This document shows, piece by piece, positions 1 to 8,092 of a stretch of DNA of 64,000 nucleotides. Origin of the DNA: Opitutales bacterium (lineage in GTDB: Bacteria > Verrucomicrobiota > Verrucomicrobiia > Opitutales > Seribacteraceae); contig OMJS01000013.1 in assembly GCA_900299365.1 (NCBI GenBank), positions 939 to 64,938 of the forward strand. Reading direction: 5' to 3'. The notes beneath the pieces are model-generated. The model made no database searches. It worked only from the letters and a program-made list of their open reading frames with translations, and was not told where the DNA came from. Positions within the stretch are counted from its first letter, which is position 1. The number at the start of each line of letters is the position of its first letter. The position numbers were made by a program, and so were the translations under genes.

Positions 1-398
1 TGGTTTTGATACTTTAAGTTCCTTGGCGTAGTTTCGTCTGGTATGAATAAAATGTACTCCCCTGCCCCATTGACCGAATTCTGGAAAATCTCAGATTCGT
101 CATAAATTGAATTATTTTGATCGGTTATTGTAAATCCCCCCCCCCTTGACTCGAATGTGTAATAGACATGTTCGAACAAAACAAGGGTCGGAGAATTTTC
201 ACCATCAAGAAGAAAAGCCTCATTTTCTAAATCCCACTCAAAGATAAAGCTTCTATGTGTTTGCCCATAAAAATTTCCCAAGACCGATGCAAAAAAAAGT
301 GATGGGAATAGTAATTTAACAGAACATAATCTGCTAAACAATACGGCTAAATGCTCATATAAAAAGTTTTGTAAAAACGCTAAGAATATACAGTTCAA
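1..398 (-). CDS. hypothetical protein, 3' end cut by window edge; signal-like hydrophobic N-terminus
   Basis: Not in the ORF track. Hand translation of the minus strand shows no stop from about 401 down to position 1: ...LFSRLCSVKLLFPSLFFASVLGNFYGQTHRSFIFEWDLENEAFLLDGENSPTLVLFEHVYYTFESRGGGFTITDQNNSIYDESEIFQNSVNGAGEYILFIPDETTPRNLKYQN. There is no in-frame ATG, only TTG candidates at 398 and 341, so the start is uncertain. Confidence 0.3.
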   Translation of the reverse strand, partial: MNCIFLAFLQNFLYEHLAVLFSRLCSVKLLFPSLFFASVLGNFYGQTHRSFIFEWDLENEAFLLDGENSPTLVLFEHVYYTFESRGGGFTITDQNNSIYDESEIFQNSVNGAGEYILFIPDETTPRNLKYQN

Positions 399-494
399 TT
401 GTGGGACAAATTGAGAATCTGTATTAAGTTCAACTAATCTTATCGTTTTTGCAAAGTATTAATCGAATAATAAGAAGGGAGGACTTTGATGGAA

Positions 495-1685
495 TTAGAC
501 TTTTTGAGCACCAATTAGTTCAACGGGATACTCTTTTTCCAAGTGATCCAAAAGAATGGCAGAAGGTACGAAATTTTCTAAAATCTTGGTACACTTTCCG
601 TCTTTATGCATATCAACTGAGCTGACGGTTATTTCAGGGGTCTTCGGAGGAGCGTAAAGGATATCATCATGCGATGCATTTTCGCGGGAATTAAAAAGCT
701 CTGGGGTGAGGTTCCCACCAAGATGGTCACTCCGTCCAGTAGCAATGTGACAAGTACCAAGTATTTTCTCGTCTTGGATATCGCAACCCGCGAATGGAAG
801 TAATTGTGTACCAAATCCAAGTTCACCAATGATCCCAGTCGCAGGATCTTCATTTAATTGGAGTTGGCGAGATTTGACTAACTCTACATCTCCAGAAATG
901 TATTCGATATTCGTAATTTTCCCATTTCTTACCACCATTTCACAAAGAGTACCTTCACCAAATCTGAAAGGGAAAGAACCATCCGCACCGAGAGGAACAA
1001 AATAAACTTCTCCAGCAGGCAAATTTGCGACATCAGGAGAACCAAATGGGCATAGACCGTGGCTTTTTTGTGCGGTTTGTTTTCCACAATCGATATTAAG
1101 CTGGTATGTTTTACCAATGCATTCAAAAGTGATCGTGAAAGAATCAGATTCATCAAGGAAGGTACGAAATAGCTCAGCTTGCCGGCTTACGAGTTTGTAA
1201 TCTATACTGAGACCAGAGTTAAGGATAGTATCGTTCAACCCGTGAAGGGTTGCACCGCGAAAACCATATTTTTTTGCCATCGCGGTTAAAGGAGCGGTTA
1301 AGGAGTAATCTGTGATAGCCAATATTAGGTCGTAGTTTGGACAAACATTTTCGGTAAAGGTAAGCTCTTCACCTTCAATGTTAAACAAAAGATTATCTGG
1401 ATCTAAGTTGCTACCACCAGTACATTTAAAAGCAAATAAATCACAAAGTGATATATCAAGCTCCTTACCAATCTCCCTGTTTAAAGGCTCATAAAAGTGA
1501 TAAAATGCTCTTTTCTGAACATCATTGCCGGGATTATCTAAAAACCGAAGATTACTGATTTCACTGGGATTCTGAAGATCTATTAATACACAACACTTGG
1601 TAGGACCACAGGGTAAAGAGAAACAAGTGGATAATAGTTTTTGTAAGGAGAAAGGATCAAAGGAAGATAATTCAGGAACATACAT
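495..1685 (-). CDS. M29 (aminopeptidase T/AmpS)-like aminopeptidase
   Basis: ORF 495..1694. Segments NLPAGEVYFVP, GELGFG, DEKILGTCHIATG and ASHDDILY line up by eye with Thermus aminopeptidase T motifs. The first ATG is at 1685; the ORF-track start at 1694 is TTG. Confidence 0.5.
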   Translation of the reverse strand: MYVPELSSFDPFSLQKLLSTCFSLPCGPTKCCVLIDLQNPSEISNLRFLDNPGNDVQKRAFYHFYEPLNREIGKELDISLCDLFAFKCTGGSNLDPDNLLFNIEGEELTFTENVCPNYDLILAITDYSLTAPLTAMAKKYGFRGATLHGLNDTILNSGLSIDYKLVSRQAELFRTFLDESDSFTITFECIGKTYQLNIDCGKQTAQKSHGLCPFGSPDVANLPAGEVYFVPLGADGSFPFRFGEGTLCEMVVRNGKITNIEYISGDVELVKSRQLQLNEDPATGIIGELGFGTQLLPFAGCDIQDEKILGTCHIATGRSDHLGGNLTPELFNSRENASHDDILYAPPKTPEITVSSVDMHKDGKCTKILENFVPSAILLDHLEKEYPVELIGAQKV

Positions 1686-1777
1686 AACTAACAATCAAAC
1701 GAGGTTTTTCCTTCTCCCAACCTGAATCTTTACTAAGTAAATGATATAAATAATTTTTATAACAATCGATAGTTCAA

Positions 1778-2647
1778 CTAATTAAATAGCCAGCAGATTG
1801 CATAAACCAATACACTTAAAGCTGAAAATGATAGGGCAAGGTTGGCGTATTTTAGCTGATTACTTCTATATATAAAAAAAAGGGAAATTCCACTGGTTAT
1901 GGAGATCGAAAAGACAAGAAAATTTCCTGAAATATATCCATGAATGACAGGAACCAGAAAGCCTACAAGAAATAAAAGAATGCCAAATTTTTTTCCAAAC
2001 AAAACAATTGAAGTTTTCTTTCCCACTTTCGCATCGCTTTCGCAATCTCGATAATTATTCACGACCAACAAATTGTTTATGATTAAACCCACCGAAAGAG
2101 CTGAACCCAAGTTGGGAGAATATTTTACTGAGTTTACGGAACAAAGGAAAAAATTTGTTCCTTCAACTGCTACAAAACCATAAAAAAGAATCACAAATAA
2201 ATCCCCCAACCCATTGTAGGCCAATGGATATGGTCCGCCTGTATATAATAAGCACAAAGAAATACAAACAATGCCCAAGGGTAAGAACCATAGACTTGCG
2301 GATGAAAAAATTAAAGTGATTAAGCCAACAAAGAAAGCAAGGATTAGCATGCCGCAGACAACACCAAGTATTTGTTTTTCTTCAATTTTCCCAGATGAGA
2401 CATACCGTTCAGGTGCATTTTCACGGTTATCATCTGCACCTTTCTTACAATCAAAATAATCGTTGGCTAGATTAGTCGATATTTGAAGAAGAGACATAAA
2501 TAAGAAACATCCAAGCAATATCAAAAACGAAGTTTGATTAAATGCATGATCCTTAAAGAAGTTTTGAGCAGCTACCAGTAAAGGAGCTACTGAAGCAATC
2601 AGGGTTTTAGGTCTTGAAGCCATGACCCAAATTGAGAACGAACTCAT
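1778..2647 (-). CDS. menA: 1,4-dihydroxy-2-naphthoate polyprenyltransferase (UbiA family)
   Basis: N-terminus WVMASRPKTL, UbiA motif NDYFDCKKGADD, and a multi-pass membrane profile. ATG at 2647 (MSSFSIW...). The longer ORF-track start at 2848 would overlap the upstream pseudopilin gene by 200 nt. Confidence 0.85.
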   Translation of the reverse strand: MSSFSIWVMASRPKTLIASVAPLLVAAQNFFKDHAFNQTSFLILLGCFLFMSLLQISTNLANDYFDCKKGADDNRENAPERYVSSGKIEEKQILGVVCGMLILAFFVGLITLIFSSASLWFLPLGIVCISLCLLYTGGPYPLAYNGLGDLFVILFYGFVAVEGTNFFLCSVNSVKYSPNLGSALSVGLIINNLLVVNNYRDCESDAKVGKKTSIVLFGKKFGILLFLVGFLVPVIHGYISGNFLVFSISITSGISLFFIYRSNQLKYANLALSFSALSVLVYAICWLFN

Positions 2648-2654
2648 TTTAGAC

Positions 2655-3428
2655 TTATCGAACGATTGCCAGCGGGAATGTAATGCTTGAACGGTAGCGA
2701 GGTTCCACCACCCTCGAAAAATCAACACCCGCTGGATCGTAAATTTTGTAAGGCCACTGAATGTCAACCTGCAAGGATAAATATCCGTTACTAGGGTGAT
2801 GAAAGTGCCTAGATGGAGGATCTGAATCCGATCGAGGTTGCTTGGCAAATTGAGAGCACACTATTGCAAAATATCTATCTTTGGGCTCAATCCATCTCGA
2901 AACTATTGAGTTGTCTTTCGGAAATTGAAAGCCTTCCAAAGATATTGGCTGATCTTCGAATCTTTTAAAATATATTGTTCCACCATAATCAGTTACGGCC
3001 TTATCAAGGGTTTCCGTTTCTCCACCCCCCAAATCTTTATTTGTAAGTTTTTTCTGACCACCGGGTTGAAAAACTTCAATGACTCGTTCAAGAGACACTA
3101 TATTTCCATTCTTTGGAGCTACCAATATCAATGAACGAATATCTCCGTTAGAAATATCTTCAGGAGCACCCGTTGGGTCATACAGTCCATCTAACCGTTT
3201 CGTGCCATGCTCAACCACCGAAAAGCCCAGTCTCTCTAATTCAACCTGAACGGCATCAACCATACCAAGGGCAGTGTTTCGGTCCGTAAGTTTGTTTACC
3301 TTGTCCACTCCCCAAGGTAAGAGGCTGAATAAACCACCAATAATAAGGCCAAAAATACCAAGCGAAATAATTACCTCGATCAAGGTGAATCCATGGATTG
3401 AGAAATGTTTATTTTTTCCTTCAGTCAT
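2655..3428 (-). CDS. prepilin-type N-terminal cleavage/methylation domain protein (minor pseudopilin)
   Basis: Leader plus G|FTLIEVIISLGIFGLIIGG motif. ATG at 3428 forms an 8-nt ATGACTGA overlap with the stop of the upstream gene. Confidence 0.75.
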   Translation of the reverse strand: MTEGKNKHFSIHGFTLIEVIISLGIFGLIIGGLFSLLPWGVDKVNKLTDRNTALGMVDAVQVELERLGFSVVEHGTKRLDGLYDPTGAPEDISNGDIRSLILVAPKNGNIVSLERVIEVFQPGGQKKLTNKDLGGGETETLDKAVTDYGGTIYFKRFEDQPISLEGFQFPKDNSIVSRWIEPKDRYFAIVCSQFAKQPRSDSDPPSRHFHHPSNGYLSLQVDIQWPYKIYDPAGVDFSRVVEPRYRSSITFPLAIVR

Positions 3429-4113
3429 TTGAGAAATCTTGAGAAGATAAGGAAAAAATTCCGCCCAAAGGTTGCATTTGAATACCAGCAATTTGATTCC
3501 GATCAGATAAATTGGGTATGATTTCACCCGTTTGCGTGGGAATCAACTTACCTTTTGCAAACACTAATTTTGGCATTTGCGGATACGAAGCACTGGAAAA
3601 TTTCCCGTTAGGCATACATTTTAAAAAGTGATATTTTTCTCCCTCTGCTGACTCTTCAAATACCTTTTTCTCGCCATTTTTACTTCTACTGAGAGCCAAC
3701 CTGAATTCTTCATCTTGGTCTGATGAACTCCAGATGCACTCTCCATCTTGAGGCCAATCTGAATTTTCCCCATCTATACCATCAGTAACAAACCATACAT
3801 TCTTAGGCAGGGAGATACCATTATCAACGATAAGCCATTGACCAGAATTATTTCTATCCAGAAGAATTGTTTGAAGATGACGTAAGTATTTTTCCTCATT
3901 ATCACTTTCTGCTGCGACAATTATTCTCGCTTCACTCCCGCTTGATACCGAAGTTGCTTTTGCTTTATTAAGGTAGGATATTAGGTTTCTTTGAGCATCT
4001 CCTAAATCTGAAGAGGAGTTGCCCAAGAAGCTAAACCCTAAAACTCCCATCATCACCCCCATTACAGCTAGGACGACAAGCAATTCAAGAAGGCTAAATC
4101 CTTTACTGCTCAC
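3421..4113 (-). CDS. prepilin-type N-terminal domain protein (GspH/FimT-like minor pseudopilin)
   Basis: MSSKG|FSLLELLVVLAVMGVMMGV motif with a GTG start. Confidence 0.75.
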   Translation of the reverse strand: MSSKGFSLLELLVVLAVMGVMMGVLGFSFLGNSSSDLGDAQRNLISYLNKAKATSVSSGSEARIIVAAESDNEEKYLRHLQTILLDRNNSGQWLIVDNGISLPKNVWFVTDGIDGENSDWPQDGECIWSSSDQDEEFRLALSRSKNGEKKVFEESAEGEKYHFLKCMPNGKFSSASYPQMPKLVFAKGKLIPTQTGEIIPNLSDRNQIAGIQMQPLGGIFSLSSQDFSND

Positions 4114-4143
4114 CTATCAAAAATGACTTATTAAGAGGATAGT

Positions 4144-4791
4144 TTATTCTGAATCGAAATATTTATCGATATCCCAAGAAAATACATTAGAAACACCCAA
4201 GTCATTATCATTTAAAATGTAAAAAGCGATTGCTTCGTTGATTATACTCATTTGTTCGATCCGAGATTTTGCCAACTCGACTTCATCTTCATCGTACATA
4301 GGTGCAAGAGAGTTGAGAATTTCTTCCATCACAGAACCGTCAACTGTGATCATACCGTCTCTGTCATGATCGACTAAAATTTTAATTGATTCAAAACCTA
4401 TGAGATTTCCATCGGCATCGTATTCATCATCACTAAAGGAATGAAATTCTTTTTTGTCTTTATTTTCTTCGATAAATTCTCCCCACCCGGATGCTGACTT
4501 CTCCGATCCTTTCAGTGCATAGAAAAACTTTTCTTGGTTATCGATAGGCTCATTTAAACTAATAGGAATTCCTTCTTCAGCTTGATACACAAAAGGTGGA
4601 TAGAAACCATAAAAGTTTTTGTATTCGTTGCATTGAATGATCCATGACCTCAGGATTGCTTGCATTTTAGTATTTTCAGATGAGCCCAAAATTCCACCAA
4701 GTTGTGATATCAGTAATCCCATCAATATTCCGATAATAGAAATAACAACGAGTAATTCGATTAAGGTAAATCCACTTTTTTTATTTTTCAT
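4144..4791 (-). CDS. prepilin-type N-terminal domain protein (minor pseudopilin) with DxDxDG loop
   Basis: MKNKKSG|FTLIELLVVISIIGILMGLL motif. ATG at 4791 lies 6 nt after the upstream stop; the ORF-track start at 4800 is GTG. Contains DHDRDGMITVDG. Confidence 0.75.
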   Translation of the reverse strand: MKNKKSGFTLIELLVVISIIGILMGLLISQLGGILGSSENTKMQAILRSWIIQCNEYKNFYGFYPPFVYQAEEGIPISLNEPIDNQEKFFYALKGSEKSASGWGEFIEENKDKKEFHSFSDDEYDADGNLIGFESIKILVDHDRDGMITVDGSVMEEILNSLAPMYDEDEVELAKSRIEQMSIINEAIAFYILNDNDLGVSNVFSWDIDKYFDSE

Positions 4792-4796
4792 TAATT

Positions 4797-5405
4797 TCAC
4801 CAGTTACCGGGTTCGCTTTGGGGTATATTGTCTTTATCTTCCGGTCTCTTTTCCGGAAATCCGTCCGCAACATCATTAAACGGATCGGACTTTCGATCGG
4901 GTCCTTTAGAATAAAGTAAAAATCCTAAATTCCCATCTTTTCTTTCAAACTCGTAGATGTAGGGTTCCCCCCAAGGGTCGATCAGGTAATGGTCTACCTT
5001 GTCTAAGTTAAATTGCCCTGCCTCATCATCCTCAATTGGAGCAACCGACAATGATTCCATTGGAATAAGACTTTTGGTGTATTGCTCAGGTTCCAAACGT
5101 TCCCAAACTCCATCGACAGGTTCATGACTGCCATAAAGGGAGTGAAGCAAGATAAAACTGCTCATTTCACCTTCAAAATCAAATGTCTCCGGATAATTGC
5201 CATTTTCTCTTTTATATTCATCCAAGGACACTTTCAGAACTTCAATCTCTGCTTCCGCCTGTTTGATAGCCTGTTTCTCAAAAATATATCCAGCACCACC
5301 AAAAACAATCCCACCCACAATGCCGATAACAATGATAACAACCATGAGTTCTATTAGGGTGAAACCGCTTGTTTTTCGGGACATTTCCGGCTTTATGAAA
5401 TACAT
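4797..5405 (-). CDS. gspG: type II secretion major pseudopilin GspG-like protein
   Basis: SG|FTLIELMVVIIVIG prepilin motif plus the GspG C-terminal hallmarks DPWGEPYIYE and SKGPD. Confidence 0.8.
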   Translation of the reverse strand: MYFIKPEMSRKTSGFTLIELMVVIIVIGIVGGIVFGGAGYIFEKQAIKQAEAEIEVLKVSLDEYKRENGNYPETFDFEGEMSSFILLHSLYGSHEPVDGVWERLEPEQYTKSLIPMESLSVAPIEDDEAGQFNLDKVDHYLIDPWGEPYIYEFERKDGNLGFLLYSKGPDRKSDPFNDVADGFPEKRPEDKDNIPQSEPGNW

Positions 5406-5413
5406 GACTATAA

Positions 5414-6961
5414 TTATTTTTGATTCAACTTAAACAGCAACGGTTTTCCATCTCTAAAAGGAAACTTTGATATGATCAAAATCATAAAATATGAAAAAGC
5501 ACCAATCAAGATTGCTATAAAAAGCTGAGCCAAAACGGCAAACTTGCTTACGCCAAATTGAGTATATTCCTTACAATAATTAACAATCACACACATACAC
5601 AATGAGGCGAGTACGACTTTTTGAATACATATTTGTTCCGACGAAAAGATAGATTTCCCCGAGATATGGGGATTTTTTACTGACAAGTAGAATAATTGGA
5701 AAACAGCAGCTACTAAATTTGCCCAAGCCAGTCCCATAACTCCAAAATCTTTCATCAACATAATGCTGGCAAATAGATTGACCAACAAACTAATTAAGGC
5801 GCCTTTAAGTGGCACATTCATATTTTTTTGAGAATGAAATGATTTTATCAAAAATGTAGAAAGTGCATAGATAGGTATTGTCCAAGCGATAACCGAAAGT
5901 ACCTTACTTGCCATATAAACATTTTCTCCACCAAATTCTTTCCACTGAAAAAGAGTTTTTATCACTAAATCTCCCAAGATAAAAAGCCCAATTGCCGAGG
6001 GCACTGTAAGCATAGAAATCATTCGTACACCATTAAAAAAAGAGCTCTTATAATCCTTTAGGTTACCCTCGCCCATGGCCTTTGATAGATGTGGAAAAAG
6101 AATGGTAGACAGGGCAATGGCAAAGACACCAAGCGGTAACTCCACCAAACGTGCTGACATGTAAAGATAAGAAACTGGTCCCTGTTCATCCAAAAGATAA
6201 GCAAGCAATCGCGAGATTAATATATTAATTTGGGCAATTGCAGCACCAAATACACCAACCCAGAAAAGAGATCCAACCTCAGAGAGATCAACGGATGAGG
6301 AAAAATTAAATTTCCAATCCCATTCAAATCTTTTCCTTAATTCAAACCAGGGCAAAAGGAACTGAGAAACGCCGGCTAAAACCACGGAGATCGCAAGAAT
6401 TACGGCACAAAAAGTAAAGTTTAAGCCGTAGATAAAACCGCTGAAGAAAAGTGCACAAATCATGAAAAGATTCAAAATTACTGGAGAAAAAGCTCCCGCC
6501 CAGAAGCTTTTCTTTACATTTAATGCACCGACAAGAATGGCAGAACCACAAATAAAAATAACATAAAAAAAGGTTATGCCATTTAGAAAAACTGCATTCT
6601 GCCATTTGGGTATCTCAAAAAAACTGACACCATAAGCGAACCAGCACGCTAAGGAGACAACAGCAGATAAAATACCCAAAAATAACAACAAACGAGAAAG
6701 AACTTGGTTAAGTAACTCCCACTGTCCTTTTTCGGGATCTAATTTTTGTGAATTTGTAAAAACAGGAATGAAAGCGGAACTCAAAGTGCCTTCCCCTAAC
6801 ATGCGACGAAAAAGGTTAGGCAATGTAAAAGCTAACAAAAAAGCCTCTCCTATTAAGGAGGTACCAAATGTGGCAAAGAATAAAATATCCCTAACCAAGC
6901 CAAGCACTCTGGAGAGAAGGGTTGCACCACTAACAACCGAAAAATTTTTTAATAAACTCAA
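5414..6961 (-). CDS. murJ: lipid II flippase MurJ (MviN)
   Basis: N-terminus (M)SLLKNFSVVSGATLLSRVLGLVRDILFFATFG matches the canonical MurJ start. About 14 TM segments. TTG start codon. Confidence 0.92.
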   Translation of the reverse strand: MSLLKNFSVVSGATLLSRVLGLVRDILFFATFGTSLIGEAFLLAFTLPNLFRRMLGEGTLSSAFIPVFTNSQKLDPEKGQWELLNQVLSRLLLFLGILSAVVSLACWFAYGVSFFEIPKWQNAVFLNGITFFYVIFICGSAILVGALNVKKSFWAGAFSPVILNLFMICALFFSGFIYGLNFTFCAVILAISVVLAGVSQFLLPWFELRKRFEWDWKFNFSSSVDLSEVGSLFWVGVFGAAIAQINILISRLLAYLLDEQGPVSYLYMSARLVELPLGVFAIALSTILFPHLSKAMGEGNLKDYKSSFFNGVRMISMLTVPSAIGLFILGDLVIKTLFQWKEFGGENVYMASKVLSVIAWTIPIYALSTFLIKSFHSQKNMNVPLKGALISLLVNLFASIMLMKDFGVMGLAWANLVAAVFQLFYLSVKNPHISGKSIFSSEQICIQKVVLASLCMCVIVNYCKEYTQFGVSKFAVLAQLFIAILIGAFSYFMILIISKFPFRDGKPLLFKLNQK

Positions 6962-7013
6962 CTAATTGCCAAAAAGATTATGGGTTTAGTACATGAAAGA
7001 ACAGCTAACTTGG

Positions 7014-7328
7014 TTAAATTAATGAATCCAGTAATTCCCGAGCTTCCTCAAGGGGGTCGTCATGAGACTGAGCTATGGCAAGTTCAATGGTTTTTTTCAA
7101 AGAAGAAATTGCCTCCGCTTTTCGATCTAATCCAATCTCCAATTTAGCTTTCAACAAAAAGGCAATCATCCAGTCATCTCTTTTGGCAAGGCAAACTTCA
7201 AGATGCTCGATCGCTTCTTCGTCTTTGCTATTAGCAGAGAGTTGCTGAGCCAATGAAAATCTGTAAAGCAGATTATCAGGAAACTTTTCTACCTTCAGAA
7301 AAAATTCTTCAAGTTTTTTACTCAACAA
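7014..7328 (-). CDS. small tetratricopeptide-repeat-like protein
   Basis: 104-aa all-helical sequence with a TPR-like pattern, tightly packed between the PP2C gene and murJ. Confidence 0.55.
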   Translation of the reverse strand: MLSKKLEEFFLKVEKFPDNLLYRFSLAQQLSANSKDEEAIEHLEVCLAKRDDWMIAFLLKAKLEIGLDRKAEAISSLKKTIELAIAQSHDDPLEEARELLDSLI

Positions 7329-7331
7329 AAA

Positions 7332-8051
7332 TTATTCTATCTCAATACACACTACGGTAGTGTTATCTACTCCACCGTTCTGATTTGCTTGATCAATCAG
7401 TTCATGAACTAATCTTTGAGAATCCAATGATTTACAAACCTCCAAAATATCATCCGATTCAACCATATTGATTAAGCCATCAGAACATAAAATAATTTTA
7501 TCACCCGTCTTTACATTAAATTCTCCAACATCTACATCGAAGTCGATATCTTGACCCAAGCAACGGGTCAATGTGTGATTGTAGTGGTCTGGCATGTCAA
7601 TTGCAGCATCAGGTCCATGTTTTGCGATCAACTCAGCAGCCAAAGTATGCTCTTTCGACAAGTGTAACAACTGACTGGATTCTTGCTCGAATTTCAAAAT
7701 ATAAGAGTCTCCTACATGCCCATAGAATATTTTATTTTCGACAATCACAAGACCAGAGAAAGTTGTACCGATACCATTTTGACCACCAACAAGTGAACCA
7801 CACTTGATTATGTTCCGATGAATATTTTGGATGATTGAATGCAACTCGGAGAAATCGGAAAATGGGTTGGGGGAAGGAATTAAACTTTCAAAAAACTGAA
7901 CGGCAAGCAGGCTAGCCAATGAGCCGTATGGTAAACCTCCGACTCCATCCGCGACCGCAAATATGGATTTATCTTTACAAACGAGAAAAGAATCTTCGTT
8001 GGTTTCCCGAAGAAACCCAACATCAGAATGTCCATGGGCAGAGAATTTCAT
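7332..8051 (-). CDS. PP2C-family Ser/Thr protein phosphatase
   Basis: Motifs RETNEDSF, ADGVGG, GTT, VGDS, CSDGL and DNTTVV. Confidence 0.9.
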   Translation of the reverse strand: MKFSAHGHSDVGFLRETNEDSFLVCKDKSIFAVADGVGGLPYGSLASLLAVQFFESLIPSPNPFSDFSELHSIIQNIHRNIIKCGSLVGGQNGIGTTFSGLVIVENKIFYGHVGDSYILKFEQESSQLLHLSKEHTLAAELIAKHGPDAAIDMPDHYNHTLTRCLGQDIDFDVDVGEFNVKTGDKIILCSDGLINMVESDDILEVCKSLDSQRLVHELIDQANQNGGVDNTTVVCIEIE

Positions 8052-8092
8052 TAAAATAAACTGGGATAAAAATTAAGGAAGCTAGTCAAACC

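Noticed and set aside
136-145. C/G homopolymer tracts of 8 to 10 nt in an AT-rich genome: C10 at 136-145, C9 at 12047-12055, C9 at 14982-14990, C10 at 30613-30622, C8 at 34752-34759, C8 at 61450-61457 and G8 at 24661-24668. I considered them as slipped-strand phase-variation switches.
   Set aside because: Nearly all lie in-frame inside housekeeping genes (M42 peptidase, nuoJ, nuoF, rsmH) or in tRNA-Leu, where they encode Gly-Gly-Gly or Pro runs or stem sequence. On/off switching of such genes is implausible. They still deserve attention as likely sites of indel errors if the assembly used homopolymer-sensitive reads.
2648-2848. N-terminal extensions in the ORF track for menA, and similarly for nuoM, nuoE, nuoD, ddl, ftsQ, ftsI, rsmH, the MBL hydrolase and the nitroreductase.
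   Set aside because: The extended starts are mostly TTG or GTG and overlap the upstream gene by tens to hundreds of nucleotides. Internal ATG or GTG codons give canonical N-termini and the 1- to 8-nt junctions typical of these operons.
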